From positions 744,001 to 808,000 of the forward strand of contig JBNRSN020000075.1 in assembly GCA_051313645.2 (NCBI GenBank): a DNA stretch of 64,000 nucleotides. The letters run 5' to 3'. The notes below the pieces were generated by a model. That model worked only from the letters and a program-made list of their open reading frames with translations, did no database searches and was not told where the DNA came from. Positions 46,401 through 58,828 of the stretch are shown here, piece after piece. The position numbers and the translations under genes are program-made. The DNA is from Centroscyllium fabricii (taxonomy: Eukaryota). The stretch's first letter is position 1. Every line of letters starts with the position of its first letter.

Positions 46401-47630
46401 GCGTATGACATTCTTTACCATCCAGGCAAACTCAACGAACCCCCGGATGCACTGTCCAGGGGAACGTGCGCCAGCGCCCAGCTGGACCGGCTGAAGGCCC
46501 TCCACGATCGCCTCTGCCACCCGGGTGTCACCAGACTCGCCCATTTCATAGAATCCCGTAGCCTCCCCTACTCCATCACGGGGATTAAGGCTATGACCAA
46601 AGATGGCCCTGTCTGTGCCGAGTGCAAACCCCAATTTTACAGGCCAGACACGGCGCACATCATCAAGGCCACCCGCCCCTTTGAACGTCTGAGCGTGGAC
46701 TTCAAAGGCCCCCTCCCCTCCACTGACCGCAACACGTATTTCCTCACGGTCATAGACGAGTTCTCACGCTTCCCCTTCGCCTTCCCCTGCCCAGACATGA
46801 CGAGCGCAACGGTGATAAGGCACTTCACCACGCTGTTCACCATTTTCGGTCTCCCCAGCTACATCCATTGCGACCGGGGGTCGTCGTTCATGAGCGACGA
46901 ACTGCGCCAGTTTCTGCTTCAGAAAGGGGGTGCCTCAAGCAGAACGACCAGTTACAACCCCCGGGGGAACGGCCAAGTAGAAAGGGAGAACAGTACTATC
47001 TGGAAGGCGGTCAACCTGGGCCTGAAGTCCAGAGGCCTTCCAGTTTCCCGTTGGCAGGAGGTCCTCCCAGACGCGCTCCATTCCATTCGCTCTCTGTTGT
47101 GTACCGCTACCAATTCAACACCTCACGACCTGTTATTTTCCTTCCCCAGGAAGTCGACTTCGGGGACAGCGCTCCCACCGTGGCTCACGACGCCGGGGCC
47201 GGTCTTGCTTAGAAAGCATGTCCGCGGCCACAAGACCGAACCCCTGGTGGAACGGGTGCATCTGCTGCACGCCAACCCGCAGTATGCCTACGTAACATTC
47301 CCAGACGGGCGCGAGGACACGGTATCGATCAGGGACCTGGCACCCACCGGGAGCACTAGGGCAGAACCTCCGGTCGAGCCTCAGCCCGACCAGCCACCAC
47401 CCACCGACCTACTGGCCCTCATACACACACACACCGGGGCCCTCGACAACACCAACCGCCGACCTTGGGATCGAACACCGCGCCGCCGGCACCGTTGCCG
47501 GAGAGCCTGACCCCGGCACCGCCACCGGCACCAGCACCGATCCTGGCACCGCAACCGGCACCAGCACTGTTACCGGAACCCCGGAGGTCATCGAGGCAGA
47601 CACGACCGCCGGAGAGACTGATAGCGCAGT
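43430..47630 (+). pseudogene. gag-pol: A2 gag-pol with stops, frameshifts and a small deletion
   Basis: ORF fragments at 43430, 43751, 44247, 45215 and 46326 are collinear with and highly similar to A1 Gag-Pol. Confidence 0.93.
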
Positions 47631-48754
47631 GCTAACGGACACTAATTTTTATTTTTTTCTCTCTCTGGTTACTGTTTTCTCTCTCGTTCACCCTGCCGGA
47701 CTTATTTTTAAAGAAGGGGTGAATGTGGTAACCGTTATTACCATCTGTATATAGTTGCGAGTGCATTGGCGGGACTTGTACACTGTGGGGTCACATATAC
47801 CTGCATACTGTATGTAAGGTCAGGTCAGCCACACCTCTAACTCCTCCCCTCAGGTGGGAGCTTATACGTAACAGCCGCCCTGCCCCCGTTCATTCTCGCC
47901 TTGAACTCGACTGGAGACTAGCTCCATTATAAAGTTAATAAAAGCCTATTGTTAAGGTAACTACTCGTATTTTGTCTTAATTGACAATATGACGTATCGT
48001 CAATTCTCTTAGTAAAAGACTTCGACGAGTAGTGACCTTAAACTACAGGCTTTTATTAACTAACTTTGGAGCTACACTCCGAACGAACATCCAGAACAGA
48101 ATGAGGGAGCCCGGTCAGTCCTCACCTATAAAGGGCCTCACCTGGGGGAGGAGTTAGTGTCATAGGTTGGATTCCCCTTTAAATCCTAGGTGGGCTCTTC
48201 TCCTTTAAACTGGCCAGCACCTCGTTAACTACTGCATACACCTGATTGGACAGCCCTAATTAACCAGTAGTATCTTGAGCTGTATATAAGCTCCCACTTT
48301 GCACCATGAGTTTGCCAGATCGTTAAATCTCTTACTGTGATACATGTGTTTTGTTCCTAGCTCTCTGATCCTGTCTATTCGTGATACTGACCTGCTTACC
48401 GGAAATTTGGATTCTATTCTGCTTGAACTCTGTGTTGGATTTGTCGCTCCCGTGAACGGACTACCTGGAAAATTACTGTTTCTGTATTTGGATTCTATTC
48501 TGCTTGAACTCTGTGTTGGATTTGTCACTCCCGTGAACGGACTACCTGGAAAATTACTGTTTCTGTATTTGGATTCTCTCCTACCTGAACTCTGTTTTGG
48601 ACTTGTTGCCTCTGTGAACTTTCTGCCGTTATTGACCTACTGTTTCTAATATCTTCTGACGACTCAGAAATAAAGGAATTTATTTCTACGCAGGTGTTTG
48701 GTGTTTTTGCATTTGGGCCCAACCTACAACCGTTACAGAATGAGCTGGCCAGAA

Positions 48755-49700
48755 ATGGACCCAGCAGACACACCGAAGCGTCTGGCACAGGTCGAGTGTG
48801 CCCTATTGCACCAGGGGCAGGCCTTGGGGAATATATTCACTCAATTGGAGCAGCTAACCGCCGCCTGGATCCAGCGGGCAGCTTCGGATCCGCCAGAGAT
48901 CCCACCACCACCAGTTCCTGCTTCAGCATCGGTATCGGCACCCATGCCTCACCCACAAGGTCTCACACCCGAACCCCGGGTCGGGGTACTGGAACGTTAT
49001 GCCCGTGAACCTGAGCAATGCAATCCCTTCCTCACTAACTGTTCCATTCTGTTTTCATTGCAGCCCCACACCTTTGCCAATGAGACGGCAAAGGTAGCCT
49101 TTGTTATTAACCACCTTACAGGAAGAGCTCGTCTTTGGGGAACCGCCGAGTGGGAGAGAGAGACTCTGGCTTGCTCTTCCTTCCAGAGGTTCGCCATCGA
49201 ATTAAGAAGGGTGTTCGGCATGGTGACCTTCGGCTCTGAAGCAGCTCGGGGACTCATGAATCTGAGCCAGGGCAATCAGACAGTGGCTGACTACTCCATA
49301 GACTTCCGAATCAGAGCTCGTCAGAGTGATTGGAACTCTGCTGCATTATGTGACGTTTTTCTTCATGGGCTTGCAGAGCACATCAAGGATTAACTGGTCT
49401 CCTATGATCTCCCTTCCACCCTGGATGAACCAATTAGTCTTGCCACCAGGATCGATCTCCGTATCCAGGCGCGTCGACGTGAGAGACGACTGGGAACGAC
49501 TGGTCGACCTCCTCCGAAACGGGCTCAAGAGATATTCGTGGCGCCCAGGTCTACTGCGACAGCAGGGTCACAGCCAGTGGGCCCCGAACCAATGCAGTTG
49601 GGTCGCACCAGTCTCTCATTGGTGGAGCATGAATGACGCCGCCAGGGGAATCTCTGTTTGTACTGCGGCCAGGCCGGCCATTTTGTTTCCCAATGCCCAG
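48755..49700 (+). pseudogene. gag: Chromovirus gag with two in-frame stops (49391 TAA, 49634 TGA)
   Basis: MDPADT.., HLTGRARLW, QGNQTVADYSIDF, EPMQLG and [14 protein letters not shown]. Confidence 0.88.
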
Positions 49701-52700
49701 CAAAAGGGCTGGACTCACCAGTAGAGGGAGTCATACTGGTGAGTCGAACTCCTACAAGACTCTCTCCCAATCCACGACCCTTGTGCCAGGCCAGACTTCT
49801 TCTTCCCAGGGGATCCCAGACTCTCGTCACCTTTATTGACTCTGGAGCGGACGTCAACATTATTGATGAGGATCTGGTCACACAGCTGGAGATTGACAGG
49901 GTTCCACTGCCACAGCCGGTTCCTGCCAACGCCCTAGACGGCCACCTCCTGGGAACGGTGACACATCAGACCTCACCGGTTCATATGCTTATGTCTGGTA
50001 ATCATCATGAAAGCATTCAATTTCATATCCTGAAATCACCTCGGCTTCCTTTGATTCTGGGACACACTTGGCTTCGCCGCCACAACCCCCACATTGACTG
50101 GAACACGGGAGCTATTTTGGGGTGGAGTTCCTCCTGTCACCAGGTCTGTCTGAAACAGGCTACAGTCTTCCGACAGCCATTAACACCTCTTCCCGCTTCA
50201 GATCTTTCGGTGGTTCCCACTGAATACCACGATTTTAGGGAGGTATTCAGCAAAGCTAGAGCCACGTCGCTGCCTCCACATCGCCCCTATGACTGCGTCA
50301 TTGATCTGCTGCCAGGTTCTTCCCCACCCAAGGGACGTCTGTATTCCTTGTCTGCACCTGAGAGGGAGGCCATGGAAACGTACATCAGTGACTCTATGGC
50401 GGCGGGGATCATCCGTTCCTCTTCATCACCTGCTGGGGCTGGATTCTTTTTTGTGGGTAAGAAGGACGGGTCGCTGCGACCATGCATCGACTACCGGGGC
50501 CTTAGTGACATTACGGTAAAGAACCGGTATCCTCTTCCTCTCAACTCTTCTGCTTTTGAGTTGCTACAGGGGGCGACCATCTTTACAAAGCTGGATCTTC
50601 GTAACGCCTATCATCTGGTCCGGATACGAGAGGGCGATGAATGGAAGACTGCTTTCAACACTCCCTCGGGATATTATGAATACCTCGTAATGCCGTTCGG
50701 GTTAACCAACGCCCCGGCGGTATTCCAAGCCTTGGTTAATGATGTTTTACGAGACATGCTGAATCGGTTTGTGTTCGTGTACATGGACGACATTTTAATC
50801 TTTTCTAAGTCTCATGAGGAGCATGTTCACCATGTCCAGACTGTCCTACAACGGCTTCTGGAGAACTCATTATTCGTGAAGGCAGAGAAGTGTGAGTTTC
50901 ACGTCACTACCGTTTCTTTCTTGGGGTACATCATTGCGCAGGGGAGCGTGCAGATGGATCCAGAGAAGGTGTCAGCTGTCGCGTCATGGCCTATTCCAGA
51001 GACACGTAAACAGCTACAGCGGTTTCTGGGATTCGCCAATTTCTATCGACGGTTCATTCGCAGCTACAGCACGGTAGCGGTCCCGTTATCGGCTCTTACC
51101 TCCTCTAAGGTGCCGTTCCTGTGGTCTCCTGCAGCGGAGGAGGCTTTTCGAGATCTCAGGTCCCGGTTCACCTCTGCTCCCATTCTCCAGGTGCCTGATC
51201 CGGATCAGCAGTTCGTGGTAGAGGTGGACGCATCAGATGTTGGAGTAGGGGCTATTCTGTCCCAACATTCGGCTTCCGACCAAAAGCTACATCTCTGTGC
51301 CTATTTTCCCAAACGCCTGTCCTCGGCTGAGATGAACTATGACATCGGGAACCGGGAGTTACTGGCGGTCAAAATGGCATTGGAGGAGTGGCGCCATTGG
51401 CTAGAGGGGACCAAGCTGCCATTCCTAGTATGGACAGACCACAAAAACCTTGAATACATTCGCACGGCCAAGAGGCTGAATTCACGGCAGGCTAGGTGGT
51501 CCCTCTTTTTTACCCGTTTCAACTTCACCCTCTCCTACAGGCCTGGTTCTCGCAATGTCAAGCCTGATGCTCTGTCCCGCCAGTTCCAGAAGGAGGAGGG
51601 TTCCGCTCCTGGATCTGACCTCATCCTTCCAGCTCCTTGTCTTATTGCTGCGGTTACGTGGGAGATCGAGGAGAGGGTGAGATCAGCCGTGGAGGATCAG
51701 GCTGGACCCAGCGGTTGTCCTCCTGACTGTCTATTCGTTCCCACGAACCTTCGACCTGATGTTCTCCTGTGGGCCCATGCTTCCAAGCTTTCCTGCCATC
51801 CGGGGGCTCAAAGGACCAAGGAGGTTATATTGCGGAGGTTCTGGTGGGATACGCTGGAGGAAGATACCCGGGAGTTTGTCAACGCCTGCTCGGTATGCAA
51901 CCAACACAAGCCGTCTCGTCGGGCTCCCGCTGGTCTTCTGCAACCTCTGCCGATACCACATCGTCCTTGGTCCCACATATCCTTGGACTTTGTTACCGGT
52001 CTGCCTCCATCCAAGGGACTAACCACGATCCTGACTGTGGTGGACCGATTCAGCAAGATGGCCCACTTCATACCTCTGCCTAAACTGCCCTCAGCGAAGG
52101 AGACAGCTGAACTTATGCTGCAACATGTTTTCCGGCTTCATGGGCTTCCGTTAGACGTAGTCTCTGATCGGGGTCCTCAGTTTACATCTGTATTCTGGAG
52201 GGAGTTCTGCAGTCTGATCGGGGCCACAGTCAGTCTGTCATCGGGTTTTCATCCGCAGTCCAACAGGCAGTCAGAACGGATGAATCAGGAGATGGAGAAG
52301 GCGCTCCGATGCATGGTCTCCCAGAATCCCTCTTCCTGGTCCCAGCTACTCCTGTGGGTAGAGTACGCTCACAACACTCTGACCAGTTCCGCCACCGGAC
52401 TCTCCCCGTTCCAGTGCGCCTATGGATTCCAGCCCCCATTGTTTCCGGACCTGGAAAGGGAAGTTTCCTATCTGTCCGTCCAGGCATTTATTCAGCGTTG
52501 TCGCCGGACATGGGACCAGGCTCGGACTTCGTTGCTTTGCTCGGCGGATCGCTACTCGGCTGCTGCCAAACGTCGTCGCTCGGAGGCTCCTAAATATCAG
52601 GCTGGGCAGAAGGTGTGGCTCTCCACTAAGGACCTGCCTCTCCAGGTGCAGTCGAAGAAGCTTGCTCCCCGTTTTATCGGGCCCTTCGAGGTCCAGAAGA

Positions 52701-53176
52701 TCATCAACCCAGCTGCTGTGAGACTCAAGTTTCCTCAATCCATGCGGGTTCATCCCACGTTTCATGTGTCACGAATCAAACCAGCACGTGAGAGTGCTTT
52801 GGTGCCTGTTGCCACACCCCCTCCACCTCCTCGTATGCTCGATGGTGGATTGGTCTACACTGTGCGTCGCCTGCTTCGCTCCCGTCGTCGAGGGAGAGGA
52901 CTTCAGTACCTGGTGGACTGGGAGGGGTATGGTCCAGAAGAGAGGTCCTGGGTTCCTGCTCGCCACATAGTGGATCCTCAACTTATAGTCGATTTCCACA
53001 AAAGGCATCCCGACCAGCCAAGTAGGAGGACTGCGACCCCTGGGGAGTCTGGACAAGGGTCCGGTTCCGTGCAGTCTCTGGAAACCCTGAACGAGGAGGT
53101 ACAATCTGCTAATGATGAAGATTCCCTTCATTCTTGTGATGAGATGGAAGTGGATGAGAGCCCCGAGGAATGTTAG
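49658..53176 (+). CDS. pol: Chromovirus Pol: protease, RT, RNase H, integrase, chromodomain (open)
   Basis: [38 protein letters not shown] module and chromodomain [18 protein letters not shown]. Confidence 0.95.
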   Translation: MYCGQAGHFVSQCPAKGLDSPVEGVILVSRTPTRLSPNPRPLCQARLLLPRGSQTLVTFIDSGADVNIIDEDLVTQLEIDRVPLPQPVPANALDGHLLGTVTHQTSPVHMLMSGNHHESIQFHILKSPRLPLILGHTWLRRHNPHIDWNTGAILGWSSSCHQVCLKQATVFRQPLTPLPASDLSVVPTEYHDFREVFSKARATSLPPHRPYDCVIDLLPGSSPPKGRLYSLSAPEREAMETYISDSMAAGIIRSSSSPAGAGFFFVGKKDGSLRPCIDYRGLSDITVKNRYPLPLNSSAFELLQGATIFTKLDLRNAYHLVRIREGDEWKTAFNTPSGYYEYLVMPFGLTNAPAVFQALVNDVLRDMLNRFVFVYMDDILIFSKSHEEHVHHVQTVLQRLLENSLFVKAEKCEFHVTTVSFLGYIIAQGSVQMDPEKVSAVASWPIPETRKQLQRFLGFANFYRRFIRSYSTVAVPLSALTSSKVPFLWSPAAEEAFRDLRSRFTSAPILQVPDPDQQFVVEVDASDVGVGAILSQHSASDQKLHLCAYFPKRLSSAEMNYDIGNRELLAVKMALEEWRHWLEGTKLPFLVWTDHKNLEYIRTAKRLNSRQARWSLFFTRFNFTLSYRPGSRNVKPDALSRQFQKEEGSAPGSDLILPAPCLIAAVTWEIEERVRSAVEDQAGPSGCPPDCLFVPTNLRPDVLLWAHASKLSCHPGAQRTKEVILRRFWWDTLEEDTREFVNACSVCNQHKPSRRAPAGLLQPLPIPHRPWSHISLDFVTGLPPSKGLTTILTVVDRFSKMAHFIPLPKLPSAKETAELMLQHVFRLHGLPLDVVSDRGPQFTSVFWREFCSLIGATVSLSSGFHPQSNRQSERMNQEMEKALRCMVSQNPSSWSQLLLWVEYAHNTLTSSATGLSPFQCAYGFQPPLFPDLEREVSYLSVQAFIQRCRRTWDQARTSLLCSADRYSAAAKRRRSEAPKYQAGQKVWLSTKDLPLQVQSKKLAPRFIGPFEVQKIINPAAVRLKFPQSMRVHPTFHVSRIKPARESALVPVATPPPPPRMLDGGLVYTVRRLLRSRRRGRGLQYLVDWEGYGPEERSWVPARHIVDPQLIVDFHKRHPDQPSRRTATPGESGQGSGSVQSLETLNEEVQSANDEDSLHSCDEMEVDESPEEC

Positions 53177-53999
53177 GCCCTCCTCCGCACCCCTCCGCCC
53201 ACCTGATTCCGGCATTTGGGGTTTGGGACGTCAGGAGTCGTCCCTTGAGGGCGGGTTCTGTCATAGGTTGGATTCCCCTTTAAATCCTAGGTGGGCTCTT
53301 CTCCTTTAAACTGGCCAGCACCTCGTTAACTACTGCATACACCTGATTGGACAGCCCTAATTAACCAGTAGTATCTTGAGCTGTATATAAGCTCCCACTT
53401 TGCACCATGAGTTTGCCAGATCGTTAAATCTCTTACTGTGATACATGTGTTTTGTTCCTAGCTCTCTGATCCTGTCTATTCGTGATACTGACCTGCTTAC
53501 CGGAAATTTGGATTCTATTCTGCTTGAACTCTGTGTTGGATTTGTCGCTCCCGTGAACGGACTACCTGGAAAATTACTGTTTCTGTATTTGGATTCTATT
53601 CTGCTTGAACTCTGTGTTGGATTTGTCACTCCCGTGAACGGACTACCTGGAAAATTACTGTTTCTGTATTTGGATTCTCTCCTACCTGAACTCTGTTTTG
53701 GACTTGTTGCCTCCGTGAACTTTCTGCCGTTATTGACCTACTGTTTCTAATATCTTCTGACGACTCAGAAATAAAGGAATTTATTTCTACGCAGGTGTTC
53801 GGTGTTTTTGCATTTGGGCCCAACCTACAACCGTTACAGTTAGAGGTGTGGCTGACCTGGCTCCACGACAGTGTTGCAAACAGTGTAACATATACAGCCA
53901 ATATTGGCGACAACATTACCGTGGTAAAGCTATGTACAATACGGTTACCATATTCACCCCTTCTTGAAAATTTAAGTCCGGCGGGGTGATTGGACAGAT

Positions 54000-56900
54000 C
54001 AGTTCATTATAAGTTTGTCCGGCGGTCTCGTTTGTTTGGAGCACCGCCGGGGCTCTGGCAAAAGTTTGTTATGTTCCGTCCCGCTCGGGTCCAGTGGTGG
54101 TGACAGTGGCGCTGGTGCCGAAATTTCAGATGTTGGTGGTCTCAGTTGATCCGAGCCATTGGAATGGTGGTCTTGGGCTGGCCACGGCTGGGGCTCTGGA
54201 TACCTCGGAGGTCATCGTAGATGCAGGGGGTGTTCCAAATACTGTGGCTGGGCGGGCTGCTGCCCGACCAATGGCTCTGCTGTGGTGCTCCCAGCGGGCG
54301 CCAGGTCCCTGATGGAGACGGTGTCCTCGCGCCCATCCAGGAACTGCACGTAGGCGTATTTGTCATTGGTTGGATTCCCCTTTAAATCCTAGGTGGGCTT
54401 TTCTCCTTTAAACTGGCCAGCACCTCGTTAACTACTGCATACACCTGATTGGACAGCCCTAATTAACCAGTAGTATCTTGAGCTGTATATAAGCTCCCAC
54501 TTTGCACCATGAGTTTGCCAGATCGTTAAATCTCTTACTGTGATACATGTGTTTTGTTCCTAGCTCTCTGATCCTGTCTATTCGTGATACTAACCTGCTT
54601 ACCGGAAATTTGGATTCTATTCTGCTTGAACTCTGTGTTGGATTTGACGCTCCCGTGAACGAACTACCTGGAATATTACTGTTTCTGTATTTGGATGCTA
54701 TTCTGCTTGAACTCTGTGTTGGATTTGTCGCTCCTGTGAACGGACTACCTGGAAAATTACTGTTTCTGTATTTGGATTCTCTCCTACCCGAACTCTGTTT
54801 TGGACTTGTTGCCTCCGTGAACTTTCTGCCATTATTGACCTACTGTTTCTAATATCTTCAGACGACTCAGAAATAAAGAAATTTATTTCTACGCAGGTGT
54901 TCGGTGTTTATGCATTTGGGCCCAACCTACAACCGTTACAGTATTGGGGATTCGCATGCAGGAGCTGCACCTTGTCCACCAGGGGGTCGGTCTTGTGGCC
55001 ACGGACGTGTCTTCTAAGGAAGACCGGCCCCGGTGTCGTGAGCCATGGAGGAAGAGCTGTCCCCGAAGTCGACTTCCTGGGAAAGGAAAACATCAAGTCA
55101 TGAGGGGTGGCGTTAGTGGCCGTACACAGGAGAGAGCGTATCGAATGCAGTGCGTCTGGGAGGACTGCCTGCCAATGGGCCACTGGAAGGCCTCTGGACT
55201 TCAGAGCCAGGGTGACCGCCTTCCAGATGATCCCATTATCCCTTTCTACCTGGCCGTTCCCCCAGGGGTTATAACTATTCGTTCTGCTTGAGGCAACCCC
55301 TTTCTGGAGCAGAAACTGACGCAGTTCATCGCTCATGAACGATGACCCCCGGTCGCTATGAATGTAGCTGGGGAGACCGAAAATGGCGAACAGCATGGTG
55401 AAGTGTTTTATCACCGTTGCGCTCGTCATATCTGAGCAGGGGAAGGCGAAGGGGAAGCGGGAGAACTCATCTACGACCGTGAGGAAGTATGAGTTGCGGT
55501 CGGTGGTGGGGAGGGGGCCTTTGAAGTCCACGCTTAGACGTTCAAAGGGGCGGGTGGCCTTAATGAGGTGCACCGTGTCTGGCCGGAAAAATTGGGGTTT
55601 GCACTCGGCGCAAACAGGGCACTCTCGAGTCATAGCCTTGATCTCCGTGATGGAGTAGGGGAGGCTACGGGATCTAATGAAGTGGGCGAGTCTGGTGACA
55701 CCCGGGTGACAGAGGCGATCGTGGAGGTCCTTCAGCCGGTCTAGCTGGGCACTGGCGCATGTTCCCCTGGACAGTGCGTCCGGGGGTTCATTGAGTTTAC
55801 CTGGTCGGTAAAGAATGTCATACTCGTAAGTCGAGAGCTCGATCCGCCACCGCAGGATCTTATCATTCTTGATCTTACCCTTTTGTTTATTATTATTAAA
55901 AAACGGCACTGACCGTTGGTCGGTGAGAAGGTTAAAACGCTTACCGGCCAGGTAATGACGCCAGTAGCGCACGGCCTCCACGATGGCCTGGGCCTCCTTT
56001 TCCACTGCAGAGTGGCGAATTTCGGGTCCCTGTGAGGTGCGGGAGAAAAACTCTATGGGCCTGCCTGCCTGGTTCAGGGTGGCGGCAAGGGCAAAATCTG
56101 AAGCGTCACTCTCCACCTGGAAGGGGATGGATTCATCAACGGCGTGCATGGTCGCCTTGATAATATCTTCCTTTATCTGGGCGAATGCCGTTTGGGCTTC
56201 TACCGAGAGGGGGAAGACGGCAGCCTTGAGGAGTGGTCTAGCCTTGTACGCGAACTGTGGGACCCATTGTGCGTAATAGGAGAAAAATTCTAGGCATCTC
56301 CTCAAGGCTTTGGGGTTGTGAGGTTGGGGCAGTTCTTGTAGGGGGCGCATACGCTGTGGGTCGGGGCCGAGGACCCCATTCTCCACCACGTATCCGAGGA
56401 TGGCGAGCCGGTCTGTATTAAAGACACATTTGTCTTTGTTATACGTGAGGTCCAGCTTTTCTGCTGTGTCAAGGAATTTGGCCAGATTGGCATCGTGTTC
56501 CTGCTGGTCATGGCCGCAGATGGTCACGTTGTCCAGGTAAGGGAAGGTGGCCCGCAACCCGTTCTGGTCAACCATGCGGTCCATCTCCCGCTGGAATACC
56601 GACACTCCGTTGGTCACGCTGAAGGGGACCCGGAGGAAGTGATAGAGCCGACCGTTCGCCTCGAAGGCGGTGTACAGGCGGTTGGCTTTCCGGATCGGGA
56701 GTTGGTGATATGCCGACTTAAGGTCGATCGTGGAGAACACCTTATATTGGCCGACCTGGTTTACCATGTCCGAGATGCGGGGGAGGGGGTAGACGTCGAG
56801 CCCGGTGTAGCGGTTGATAGTCTGGCTGTAGTCAATAACCAGCCGCTGTTTCTCGCCAGTCTTCACCACTACTACCTGGGCCCGCCAGGGGCTGGTGCTG

Positions 56901-58828
56901 GCTTCAATTATCCCCTCCTTCAGCATACGCCCGACCTCCGACCTGATAAACGTGCGATCCCCCACACTGTACCGCCGACTCTTAGTAGCAATAGGTTTGC
57001 AGTTGGGGTCGAGGTTGGCGAACAGTGAGGGGGGGTCGATTTTCAGGGTGGAGAGGCCGCAGGCCGGGCTCCGCTTTGGGAAGGGACTGTCCCGGCTACT
57101 GACGGTGAGGGGGGGCAAGGTCCCGCTGAACTCCATTGTCACGCTCTTGAGGTGGCACTGGAAATCCAGACCTAGTAAGGCTGGGGCACACAACTGCTTG
57201 AGGGTGTACAACTTAAAGTTACGGTACACACAACCCTTGACTGTGAGCGTGACGGAGCAGTAGCTGGTGACGTCCGCGGTGTGGGACTGTGAAGCAAGGG
57301 AGACTTGGTAGCGCGTGGGCAGGATCTGCAGTCCGTAGCGCTGCGCTGTATCAGGGTGAATAAAGCTCTCTGTGCTTCCAGTGTCGAACAGGCAATTAGT
57401 AACATGGCCGTTAATTTTGATCGGCATGATCGAGTTTGATAGGTTGTGTGGCCTAGCCTGGTCCACTTTAGTTATGGCTGAGGCCGAAGTGTGCCTTTGT
57501 GTGTGGGGGCCCCCTGCTGGTTGGGGCTGTACACAAGATGGCGGCGCCCATGGCTCGCACATGGCGGGGCGCTGGAGACAAGATGGCGGCGCCGAGGGGT
57601 CGCACATGGCTGGCCGCTGGAGACAAGATGGCGGCGCCGAGGGGTCGCACATGGTGGGCCGCTGGAGACAAGATGGCGGCACCCGTGGTTCGCACATGGC
57701 TGACCGCTGTGGGCGCGCTGGCGGCGCCCATGGTTCGCACGCAGCGGGCCGCGGTGGCTGTGTTGGCGGTGCACGTGGTTCGCACGCAGTGAGCCGCGGT
57801 GGTTGGGTTGGCGGTGCCCGTGATTCGCACGCAGCGGGCCGCGCTGGGTGTGCTGCTGGCGTTGGGGGGTCGCGCTTGGCCGGCCGTGGCTGAGCTTGGT
57901 GTGCCGTGGGTGCAGCCGGCCTTTGCCGCATCAGGGTGGGAGATGGGGGCGCTTTTCTTCTACTCCCGGACCGTCGCTGAATCGCGCTGCTATTGCAGCT
58001 TACCTGAGTCCTGGCGGAGCTTTCACAGGCTGCGCTGTTGTACCTGGAGTTGGGCGCTGCTGGTGCTGATCTGCAGGCCTTCGCGTAGTGTCCCTTTTTG
58101 GAGCACCTTTCACAGGTCGCGGTCCTCGCTGGGCATCTCGCTCGTGGATGCAGTCCCTGACCGCAGAAGTAGCATCGTTTGTCTGCCTTTGTGGCTGTCG
58201 CAGCCATCGTGGGGGTCTCGACCCGTTGTGGTGCTGCCCAGGCCTGGGCCCGTTGTGGCGCGGCCCACGCGTTGTAGACCTGCGGGTTTGTGCCGCTGTA
58301 CGCCTGCAGCTTGTTGCGTGCCCCTTCTACAGAGTTTGATATAGAGATCGCCTCCTCTAAGGTCAAAGAGTCTTTCTCAAGCAGCCGCTGGTGGGCTTCA
58401 ACGCACCTCAGGCCTGTTACGTAGGCATCACGGATGAGGAGATTCACCTCTTCCTCTGCTGTCCGTGCTTGGCAGCCACAGACCCGTACCAGGGCTTGGA
58501 GTGCTTGTTCAAATTGTTCATTTGTCTCACCCGGTAGTTGCGGTCTGGTCGCGAGCACATGTCTGGCGTAGACCGAGTGGACCGGGCGCTCGTAACATTT
58601 CCGCAGTTTTTCCACTGCCGCTGGGTAGGTTTTGGTGTCTCTGATTAGGGAGAATACTCAGCTGGAGATCCTAGACCGGAGAACTTGCAGTTTGTTCCCG
58701 TCGGTTGTAGCCTTGGCGGCGTCCATATAGGCCTCCAGGAGACCGAACCAGTGTTCGAACGTGGTGGCGGCGGCTGGGTCCTGTGGAATGGTGTCCAGCT
58801 TCTCTGGCTTTACCGCACCGCTCTCCAT
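54000..58828 (-). pseudogene. gag-pol: A3 single-frame Gag-Pol; nonsense codon near 58659; integrase tail interrupted by a solo LTR
   Basis: ATG at 58828 (MESGAVKPEKLD). ORF 54908-58615 is continuous from Gag to integrase and resumes (AYVQF..) below 54360. Confidence 0.92.
54361..54940 (+). mobile_element. Solo LTR of the same chromovirus family, inserted in A3 integrase
   Basis: 580 bp, nearly identical to 48158-48737. TSD GTATT at 54356-54360 and 54941-54945. Confidence 0.96.

Larger units (their letters stand above)
48158..53838 (+). mobile_element. Full-length sushi-type chromovirus (Gypsy) nested in the A3 3' LTR
   Basis: 580-bp LTRs at 48158-48737 and 53259-53838, differing at only about 2 positions that I could see. 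TSD GTTAG. PPT GAGGGCGGG. Confidence 0.97.

Noticed and set aside
48344-48649. 101-aa hydrophobic ORF present in all three chromovirus LTR copies
   Set aside because: It arises from an 81-bp LTR tandem repeat. The related LTR at 4583-5113 has an 80-bp period that breaks the frame, and the solo copy shows several amino-acid changes, so there is no sign of coding constraint.
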